A stretch of DNA of 64,000 nt, from the NCBI GenBank assembly GCA_964019425.1, contig OZ025780.1, positions 806,001-870,000 on the forward strand, read 5' to 3'. Positions within the stretch are counted from its first letter, which is position 1; each line of letters opens with the position of its first letter. Both the position numbers and the translations under genes were made by a program. Shown one piece after another: positions 36,141 to 46,269 of the stretch. Source of the DNA: Flectonema sp. DT1601. Taxonomy: Eukaryota. The notes below the pieces were generated by a model. That model saw only the letters and a list, made by a program, of their open reading frames with translations, ran no database searches and was not told the origin of the DNA.

Positions 36141-37863
36141 ATGGAAACCGAAGCCGAAGTCAAGGAGTACTTTAAGAAGCAGGGATTGAATGACATCATC
36201 AACGACGTGTTGGCGTCAATGGCCGCAGAGAGCCCAACTGATGTCTGGGAAGGTTTGAAGAACGCTTTAGACGAAGCCAAGTACAAGAGAATTAAATTGG
36301 GTTCAAAGGCCAGCAGCGGAGACAGACACGCTGATGGAGACATCGCTGTGATTGGAATGGCAGTAATGGGACAGAACTTGATCATGAACATGGCTGATAA
36401 TGGTTACAAGGTTATCGCATGGAACCGTTCCAAGGAGAAGGTCGATGACTTCGTTGAGAATGGTGCTGCCCACGGAGTAGCAAATGTTGTCGGAGCCAGC
36501 TCAACTGAAGACATGTGCAGACGTTTAAAGCGTCCAAGAAAGGTGATGTTGATGGTTAAAGCCGGACAGCCAGTTGACGACTTCATCGATCAGTTGATCC
36601 CTTACCTTGAGGCTGGTGACATCATCATCGATGGTGGAAACTCTCACTTCCCAGACAGCATTCGTCGTACCAAGTCCCTCGCCAAAAAGGGTCTTCACTT
36701 CGTGGGAGCTGGAGTGTCAGGTGGAGAAGAAGGAGCCAGATATGGTCCATCGATCATGCCTGGTGGTTCCGCCGAGGCATGGCCACACTTGAGACCAATC
36801 TTCCAGGCTATTTCAGCCAAGGTTGGTGACGAATCATGTTGTGACTGGGTAGGACAAGATGGTGCTGGTCATTACGTAAAGATGGTTCACAACGGTATCG
36901 AATACGGTGACATGCAGATCATCTGTGAGGTTTACCAATTCATGAGAGATGTTATGAAGTTGGAATGCGATGAGATGGCAGAAATCTTCAACGAGTACAA
37001 CAAGGGAGACCTTGAGTCTTACCTGGTTGAGATCACTGCCAACATCCTCGCGTTTAAGGACACCGACAACACTCCACTTGTTGAGAAGATTCGTGACACC
37101 GCTGGCCAGAAGGGAACTGGAAAGTGGACCGGAATTGAAGCCTTAGACTTGGGTGTTCCTCTCACCCTCATTGGTGAATCCGTCTTTTCCCGTTGTCTGT
37201 CATCACTCAAGGACGAGAGAGTGAGAGCTTCAGCCATTTTGAAGTCCACAACAGCCTCATCGTACGAATTCAAGGGAAACAAGAAGAGCTTCGTCGACAA
37301 GCTTGGAAAGGCACTTCTTGCATCAAAGATCGTATCTTACGCTCAGGGATTTATGCTCCTCAAGGCTGCTGCTGCTGAGCACGGATGGACTCTCAACTAT
37401 GGAGCTATTGCTTTGATGTGGAGAGGTGGATGCATTATCAGATCTACTTTCTTAGGAAAGATTAAGGAAGCCTTTGAGTCACACACCAACTTGGAATCCC
37501 TCCTCACCGATGACTTCTTCAGAGACAAAATCGCTGAATGTGAAGAAGCTTGGAGAGACGTCGTCGGGGAAGCTACTCGCGCCGGAGTTCCTGTCCCAAC
37601 TCTCTCAACTGCACTCTCATTCTGGGACGGGTACCGTACTGCTCGTCTTCCTGCTAACTTGCTTCAGGTTTGTTATTATTTATTACGCGGATTTTTTATC
37701 ATCGTCCTTCCTTAGAATTAAAAACAAATCAAAACAATGACAGGCTCAAAGAGATTACTTCGGAGCTCACACCTACGAGCTTTTGGACAGCCCAGGAAAG
37801 TACCACCACACGAACTGGACTGGAAAGGGAGGAAACATCTCTTCAACTCAGTACAACAAGTAA
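36141..37863 (+). CDS. PGD: 6-phosphogluconate dehydrogenase, decarboxylating, with N-terminal extension (copy 1)
   Basis: Motifs [47 protein letters not shown]. Intron 37668-37743 restores [14 protein letters not shown]. Confidence 0.97.
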
Positions 37864-38711
37864 TTACTATCACGGAATTCATTTTGAAAAGTTGGCTTAC
37901 ATCCTTGTGGTGATCTATTATTTTTGCAACAAGTGAAGTAGGAAGATAAAACTGAGTATGATGTGATCCAGTTTATTATTATTATTTTTTTGTTTTTACA
38001 AAAACAGACTTGCGAGGTAAACAAAAATTTCTTTTGAAAAGAAAAACCAAAAAAAATCGCACGAACACCACAACTGCCTGAGTTTGGCTGAAGAGCCTCA
38101 AATAGGAAGCCGGTGCTGCCATTTTTTGAACATATACATTGTGATGATGCTAGAGTGCAAGAAAAGAAGGAAGGAAAAAAGAAAAGAAAAAGCACGGACT
38201 ACAAGCAGCCAGCACTGTCTCACCAGAGTTGTCCCAGTCCTGGTTGAGCATATAAAAAAATATCCTCCCCTCTCCCCTGCATCCTTAGTGACTTGGTAAA
38301 TCTGTGCTAGGGGGTGCTTTGGTCCCCTTCACGATTTCTTTTTTTTAATTTATTCATTTTTTAAAATAATTCTTTTGGTTTTGAATCGGGGGCCTGAAGT
38401 TGGTTGCCGTTGTTTAGTCTGGTTTGGATTTCTGCGTACCAAAATGTCAATTCTTGCCGGATATCTTCAGGTGAACTGTCAGGAATCCATCACTTCCAAC
38501 GCTGTTAAAGCAAGCTTACGATTATACAAAAAAAAAAAAAAAGGTTTTTTTTTTTTTTTTTTTTTTTTGATGATACAACTAATAATATAGCAAATGAAAA
38601 AGAAAAAAGGATTTGAAAATGACCCGTACTATCTCGAAGAAGAGAAAATCTTTTTCAAAAAAAAAAAAATAATATACAATAAATTTTTTAAGTAACTTTA
38701 CACGCACTAAA

Positions 38712-39285
38712 GACATACGTCGTTAGTGCCTGCTGTCGGCTTCGCGCGTCAACAAAAAAGAAAAGTCATCGAATCAAAGGACGCAAAGTCCTCCTTCAAG
38801 AGATTTACTGTAGGCTGCAAGAGATTAGTGCTGCGAATGAGAGGTTGAGAGTTGCTAGTCAGGCGGCTGCTGGGCTTCAGAATCCGTCATTTGTACAACC
38901 TCCGATATTAACGAGACCTATTCACTGGGCGTACTTTATCACTCAGGCTTTTGAAAAGCTTCGTGGAATTCGAGACTATCGTTCTCCAACATCAATCAGA
39001 TCATTTACGAAGGCACTCACTTGGATGGTTCCATGTCTTCTTGCTCCGTACTTCTCGTGGGTAGCACACGACTATCAAATTTGGGCCGCCTACTTCGTCT
39101 GTGCGTTCGTTACTATCATTCTCTCAGCTTTGAGAGATGTTCAGGATTTCGGTGAGAATCCTTTCCTTCCAATTGGAGAAGATGATATTGATAATTTGAA
39201 TCTCAAAGACTTAAATTTAAAATGGGAAACTCAAACGATTCAATCTGTGTGGCCACCGTTTACAAATAACTCATTCGAGCATTAG
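38712..39285 (+). pseudogene. Bestrophin-like pseudogene (no start, ~470-bp internal deletion, 21-bp 3' deletion)
   Basis: A degraded match to ~34832-34868 is joined to a near-identical match to 35343-35896. Confidence 0.85.
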
Positions 39286-39367
39286 ACAAAAAGAGTTAAC
39301 AATCTGACTTGAGAAACTGCTGCATTTTGAAAAAATACAAATAGTCCGCACAATTAGATTATTTTTT

Positions 39368-39493
39368 GTACCGACGTAGTCGGAGAAGAAACTATTCAGA
39401 TTGAAAGCCGATATTTCTTATGGTCATCATGATTTATGTGCCACAGGATTTTGTCTGCGTTCAACGAAATATAAGGCTAATCTGAATGATTTT
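39368..39493 (+). mobile_element. ~130-bp non-autonomous element with terminal hairpin and asymmetric inverted repeats
   Basis: CCGAC-GTA-GTCGG hairpin and ATTCAGATT..AATCTGAAT inverted repeat. Absent from the paralogous T-run at ~35970-35990. Confidence 0.75.
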
Positions 39494-39645
39494 CTTTTTT
39501 TTTGCTCCGATTGTAGTAAAACTATAAACTGATGCCTTATTAGTCTGAATTGATTCCTCCTTCTTTCAGATTCGTTACAAAAACACTTGTGATTTGATGT
39601 ATTTCTTTTTTTGTTTTTTCAGCGATCTATACTCACCCCGCCAAA

Positions 39646-41368
39646 ATGGAAACCGAAGCCGAAGTCAAGGAGTACTTTAAGAAGCAGGGATTGAATGACA
39701 TCATCAACGACGTGTTGGCGTCAATGGCCGCAGAGAGCCCAACTGATGTCTGGGAAGGTTTGAAGAACGCTTTAGACGAAGCCAAGTACAAGAGAATTAA
39801 ATTGGGTTCAAAGGCCAGCAGCGGAGACAGACACGCTGATGGAGACATCGCTGTGATTGGAATGGCAGTAATGGGACAGAACTTGATCATGAACATGGCT
39901 GATAATGGTTACAAGGTTATCGCATGGAACCGTTCCAAGGAGAAGGTCGATGACTTCGTTGAGAATGGTGCTGCCCACGGAGTAGCAAATGTTGTCGGAG
40001 CCAGCTCAACTGAAGACATGTGCAGACGTTTAAAGCGTCCAAGAAAGGTGATGTTGATGGTTAAAGCCGGACAGCCAGTTGACGACTTCATCGATCAGTT
40101 GATCCCTTACCTTGAGGCTGGTGACATCATCATCGATGGTGGAAACTCTCACTTCCCAGACAGCATTCGTCGTACCAAGTCCCTCGCCAAAAAGGGTCTT
40201 CACTTCGTGGGAGCTGGAGTGTCAGGTGGAGAAGAAGGAGCCAGATATGGTCCATCGATCATGCCTGGTGGTTCCGCCGAGGCATGGCCACACTTGAGAC
40301 CAATCTTCCAGGCTATTTCAGCCAAGGTTGGTGACGAATCATGTTGTGACTGGGTAGGACAAGATGGTGCTGGTCATTACGTAAAGATGGTTCACAACGG
40401 TATCGAATACGGTGACATGCAGATCATCTGTGAGGTTTACCAATTCATGAGAGATGTTATGAAGTTGGAATGCGATGAGATGGCAGAAATCTTCAACGAG
40501 TACAACAAGGGAGACCTTGAGTCTTACCTGGTTGAGATCACTGCCAACATCCTCGCGTTTAAGGACACCGACAACACTCCACTTGTTGAGAAGATTCGTG
40601 ACACCGCTGGCCAGAAGGGAACTGGAAAGTGGACCGGAATTGAAGCCTTAGACTTGGGTGTTCCTCTCACCCTCATTGGTGAATCCGTCTTTTCCCGTTG
40701 TCTGTCATCACTCAAGGACGAGAGAGTGAGAGCTTCAGCCATTTTGAAGTCCACAACAGCCTCATCGTACGAATTCAAGGGAAACAAGAAGAGCTTCGTC
40801 GACAAGCTTGGAAAGGCACTTCTTGCATCAAAGATCGTATCTTACGCTCAGGGATTTATGCTCCTCAAGGCTGCTGCTGCTGAGCACGGATGGACTCTCA
40901 ACTATGGAGCTATTGCTTTGATGTGGAGAGGTGGATGCATTATCAGATCTACTTTCTTAGGAAAGATTAAGGAAGCCTTTGAGTCACACACCAACTTGGA
41001 ATCCCTCCTCACCGATGACTTCTTCAGAGACAAAATCGCTGAATGTGAAGAAGCTTGGAGAGACGTCGTCGGGGAAGCTACTCGCGCCGGAGTTCCTGTC
41101 CCAACTCTCTCAACTGCACTCTCATTCTGGGACGGGTACCGTACTGCTCGTCTTCCTGCTAACTTGCTTCAGGTTTGTTATTATTTATTACGCGGATTTT
41201 TTATCATCGTCCTTCCTTAGAATTAAAAACAAATCAAAACAATGACAGGCTCAAAGAGATTACTTCGGAGCTCACACCTACGAGCTTTTGGACAGCCCAG
41301 GAAAGTACCACCACACGAACTGGACTGGAAAGGGAGGAAACATCTCTTCAACTCAGTACAACAAGTAA
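39646..41368 (+). CDS. PGD: 6-phosphogluconate dehydrogenase (copy 2)
   Basis: Same translation as copy 1; intron 41173-41248. Confidence 0.97.
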
Positions 41369-42216
41369 TTACTATCACGGAATTCATTTTGAAAAGTTGG
41401 CTTACATCCTTGTGGTGATCTATTATTTTTGCAACAAGTGAAGTAGGAAGATAAAACTGAGTATGATGTGATCCAGTTTATTATTATTATTTTTTTGTTT
41501 TTACAAAAACAGACTTGCGAGGTAAACAAAAATTTCTTTTGAAAAGAAAAACCAAAAAAAATCGCACGAACACCACAACTGCCTGAGTTTGGCTGAAGAG
41601 CCTCAAATAGGAAGCCGGTGCTGCCATTTTTTGAACATATACATTGTGATGATGCTAGAGTGCAAGAAAAGAAGGAAGGAAAAAAGAAAAGAAAAAGCAC
41701 GGACTACAAGCAGCCAGCACTGTCTCACCAGAGTTGTCCCAGTCCTGGTTGAGCATATAAAAAAATATCCTCCCCTCTCCCCTGCATCCTTAGTGACTTG
41801 GTAAATCTGTGCTAGGGGGTGCTTTGGTCCCCTTCACGATTTCTTTTTTTTAATTTATTCATTTTTTAAAATAATTCTTTTGGTTTTGAATCGGGGGCCT
41901 GAAGTTGGTTGCCGTTGTTTAGTCTGGTTTGGATTTCTGCGTACCAAAATGTCAATTCTTGCCGGATATCTTCAGGTGAACTGTCAGGAATCCATCACTT
42001 CCAACGCTGTTAAAGCAAGCTTACGATTATACAAAAAAAAAAAAAAAGGTTTTTTTTTTTTTTTTTTTTTTTTGATGATACAACTAATAATATAGCAAAT
42101 GAAAAAGAAAAAAGGATTTGAAAATGACCCGTACTATCTCGAAGAAGAGAAAATCTTTTTCAAAAAAAAAAAAATAATATACAATAAATTTTTTAAGTAA
42201 CTTTACACGCACTAAA

Positions 42217-42790
42217 GACATACGTCGTTAGTGCCTGCTGTCGGCTTCGCGCGTCAACAAAAAAGAAAAGTCATCGAATCAAAGGACGCAAAGTCCTCCT
42301 TCAAGAGATTTACTGTAGGCTGCAAGAGATTAGTGCTGCGAATGAGAGGTTGAGAGTTGCTAGTCAGGCGGCTGCTGGGCTTCAGAATCCGTCATTTGTA
42401 CAACCTCCGATATTAACGAGACCTATTCACTGGGCGTACTTTATCACTCAGGCTTTTGAAAAGCTTCGTGGAATTCGAGACTATCGTTCTCCAACATCAA
42501 TCAGATCATTTACGAAGGCACTCACTTGGATGGTTCCATGTCTTCTTGCTCCGTACTTCTCGTGGGTAGCACACGACTATCAAATTTGGGCCGCCTACTT
42601 CGTCTGTGCGTTCGTTACTATCATTCTCTCAGCTTTGAGAGATGTTCAGGATTTCGGTGAGAATCCTTTCCTTCCAATTGGAGAAGATGATATTGATAAT
42701 TTGAATCTCAAAGACTTAAATTTAAAATGGGAAACTCAAACGATTCAATCTGTGTGGCCACCGTTTACAAATAACTCATTCGAGCATTAG
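42217..42790 (+). pseudogene. Bestrophin-like pseudogene (second copy)
   Basis: Repeat of 38712-39285 at +3505. Confidence 0.85.
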
Positions 42791-42872
42791 ACAAAAAGAG
42801 TTAACAATCTGACTTGAGAAACTGCTGCATTTTGAAAAAATACAAATAGTCCGCACAATTAGATTATTTTTT

Positions 42873-42998
42873 GTACCGACGTAGTCGGAGAAGAAACTAT
42901 TCAGATTGAAAGCCGATATTTCTTATGGTCATCATGATTTATGTGCCACAGGATTTTGTCTGCGTTCAACGAAATATAAGGCTAATCTGAATGATTTT
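42873..42998 (+). mobile_element. ~130-bp hairpin/inverted-repeat element (duplicated with the array)
   Basis: Repeat of 39368-39493 at +3505. Confidence 0.75.
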
Positions 42999-43150
42999 CT
43001 TTTTTTTTGCTCCGATTGTAGTAAAACTATAAACTGATGCCTTATTAGTCTGAATTGATTCCTCCTTCTTTCAGATTCGTTACAAAAACACTTGTGATTT
43101 GATGTATTTCTTTTTTTGTTTTTTCAGCGATCTATACTCACCCCGCCAAA

Positions 43151-44873
43151 ATGGAAACCGAAGCCGAAGTCAAGGAGTACTTTAAGAAGCAGGGATTGAA
43201 TGACATCATCAACGACGTGTTGGCGTCAATGGCCGCAGAGAGCCCAACTGATGTCTGGGAAGGTTTGAAGAACGCTTTAGACGAAGCCAAGTACAAGAGA
43301 ATTAAATTGGGTTCAAAGGCCAGCAGCGGAGACAGACACGCTGATGGAGACATCGCTGTGATTGGAATGGCAGTAATGGGACAGAACTTGATCATGAACA
43401 TGGCTGATAATGGTTACAAGGTTATCGCATGGAACCGTTCCAAGGAGAAGGTCGATGACTTCGTTGAGAATGGTGCTGCCCACGGAGTAGCAAATGTTGT
43501 CGGAGCCAGCTCAACTGAAGACATGTGCAGACGTTTAAAGCGTCCAAGAAAGGTGATGTTGATGGTTAAAGCCGGACAGCCAGTTGACGACTTCATCGAT
43601 CAGTTGATCCCTTACCTTGAGGCTGGTGACATCATCATCGATGGTGGAAACTCTCACTTCCCAGACAGCATTCGTCGTACCAAGTCCCTCGCCAAAAAGG
43701 GTCTTCACTTCGTGGGAGCTGGAGTGTCAGGTGGAGAAGAAGGAGCCAGATATGGTCCATCGATCATGCCTGGTGGTTCCGCCGAGGCATGGCCACACTT
43801 GAGACCAATCTTCCAGGCTATTTCAGCCAAGGTTGGTGACGAATCATGTTGTGACTGGGTAGGACAAGATGGTGCTGGTCATTACGTAAAGATGGTTCAC
43901 AACGGTATCGAATACGGTGACATGCAGATCATCTGTGAGGTTTACCAATTCATGAGAGATGTTATGAAGTTGGAATGCGATGAGATGGCAGAAATCTTCA
44001 ACGAGTACAACAAGGGAGACCTTGAGTCTTACCTGGTTGAGATCACTGCCAACATCCTCGCGTTTAAGGACACCGACAACACTCCACTTGTTGAGAAGAT
44101 TCGTGACACCGCTGGCCAGAAGGGAACTGGAAAGTGGACCGGAATTGAAGCCTTAGACTTGGGTGTTCCTCTCACCCTCATTGGTGAATCCGTCTTTTCC
44201 CGTTGTCTGTCATCACTCAAGGACGAGAGAGTGAGAGCTTCAGCCATTTTGAAGTCCACAACAGCCTCATCGTACGAATTCAAGGGAAACAAGAAGAGCT
44301 TCGTCGACAAGCTTGGAAAGGCACTTCTTGCATCAAAGATCGTATCTTACGCTCAGGGATTTATGCTCCTCAAGGCTGCTGCTGCTGAGCACGGATGGAC
44401 TCTCAACTATGGAGCTATTGCTTTGATGTGGAGAGGTGGATGCATTATCAGATCTACTTTCTTAGGAAAGATTAAGGAAGCCTTTGAGTCACACACCAAC
44501 TTGGAATCCCTCCTCACCGATGACTTCTTCAGAGACAAAATCGCTGAATGTGAAGAAGCTTGGAGAGACGTCGTCGGGGAAGCTACTCGCGCCGGAGTTC
44601 CTGTCCCAACTCTCTCAACTGCACTCTCATTCTGGGACGGGTACCGTACTGCTCGTCTTCCTGCTAACTTGCTTCAGGTTTGTTATTATTTATTACGCGG
44701 ATTTTTTATCATCGTCCTTCCTTAGAATTAAAAACAAATCAAAACAATGACAGGCTCAAAGAGATTACTTCGGAGCTCACACCTACGAGCTTTTGGACAG
44801 CCCAGGAAAGTACCACCACACGAACTGGACTGGAAAGGGAGGAAACATCTCTTCAACTCAGTACAACAAGTAA
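43151..44873 (+). CDS. PGD: 6-phosphogluconate dehydrogenase (copy 3)
   Basis: Same translation as copy 1; intron 44678-44753. Confidence 0.97.
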
Positions 44874-46269
44874 TTACTATCACGGAATTCATTTTGAAAA
44901 GTTGGCTTACATCCTTGTGGTGATCTATTATTTTTGCAACAAGTGAAGTAGGAAGATAAAACTGAGTATGATGTGATCCAGTTTATTATTATTATTTTGT
45001 TTTTACAAAAACAGATTTGCGAGGTAAACAAAAAAAAATTTTGAAAAGAAAAAAAAAAAAAAAAAAAAAAGAATGACAAACAAAAAAACCAAAAAAAATC
45101 GCACGAACACCGCAACTGCCTGAGTTTGGCTGAAGAGCCCTCAAATAGGAAGCCGGTGCTGCTATTTTTTGAACATATACATTGTGATGATGCTAGAGTG
45201 CAAGAAAAGAAGAAAAAAAAAAGAAAAAGCACGGACTACAAGCAGCCAGCACTGTCTCACCAGAGTAGTCCCAGTCCTGGTTGAGCATATAAAAAAAATA
45301 TCCTCCCCTCTCCCCTGCATCCTTAGTGACTTGGTAAATCTGTGCTAGGGGGTGCTTTGGTCCCCTTCACGATTTCTTTTTTTTAATTTATTCATTTTTT
45401 AAAATAATTCTTTTGGTTTTGAATCGGGGGCCTGAAGTTGGTTGCCGTTGTTTAGTCTGGTTTGGCTGCGTACCAAAATGTCAATTCTTGCCGGATATCT
45501 TCAGGTGAACTGTCAGGAATCCATCACTTCCAACGCTGTTAAAGCAAGCTTACGATTATACAAAAAAAAAAATAAAATAAAAAATAACTTTTTTTTTTTG
45601 ATGATACAACTAATAATATAGCAAATGAAAAAAAAAAAAAAGATTTGAAAATGACCCGTACTATCTCGAAGAAGAGAAAACTTTTTTCGGAAAAAAAAAT
45701 AACATACAATAAAAGTTACTTTAAAAAGTTTTTAAAAAGAAAAAATAAAAAGACCAAAGGCCGTTGGTACTCAGTTCCCAATTTGCTGAACCCACGTGGC
45801 CAGATCCTCTCTCTTATTTTCCATTTTTTTAAATTGCGTTTGTTAGCCTTCCCCGGGTCCTCATTTTTCTTGTTCTGATTAAAAGAAGAACCACATATGA
45901 GAACACAAACCCAAAAATAAAATATTACGTCTTTCTGTGGGGACACTACCTATTTCGAAAAAAAAAAAAAAAAAGAAGAGAAAGAAGAAGAAAAACAAAA
46001 AAAGAAAAAAAAAATGAGAATGAAGTTCACCAATGAGACGAAAATAAATTAAAAAAAAAGAGGCCCCGTTTGGCTAAGTTGAAAATTGCATAAAACCGAT
46101 GTGCGTGTAGCCCGCAGGCATAGCTCTTTGATAAAGATGTTACTTTGTTTAAAAGTTTTTTTTTTTTTTTTAAATCGTTACAGGATAACTCCAAAAACTA
46201 ATAAACCTTTTCGTGCAGTGAAGTTAGAGAATAATTAATTTATTATCCTCTTTTAGCAATCACACAATT

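Larger units (their letters stand above)
35340..45715 (+). repeat. Tandem array, ~3 units of 3505 bp (bestrophin 3' part + 6PGD + spacer)
   Basis: The ORF track repeats at exact +3505 offsets (36141/39646/43151; 38845/42350). Confidence 0.97.

Noticed and set aside
27817..44873. Functional redox cluster (Grx-globin near NADPH-producing 6PGD)
   Set aside because: Neighbouring genes in this co-oriented cluster are functionally unrelated, so proximity is not evidence.
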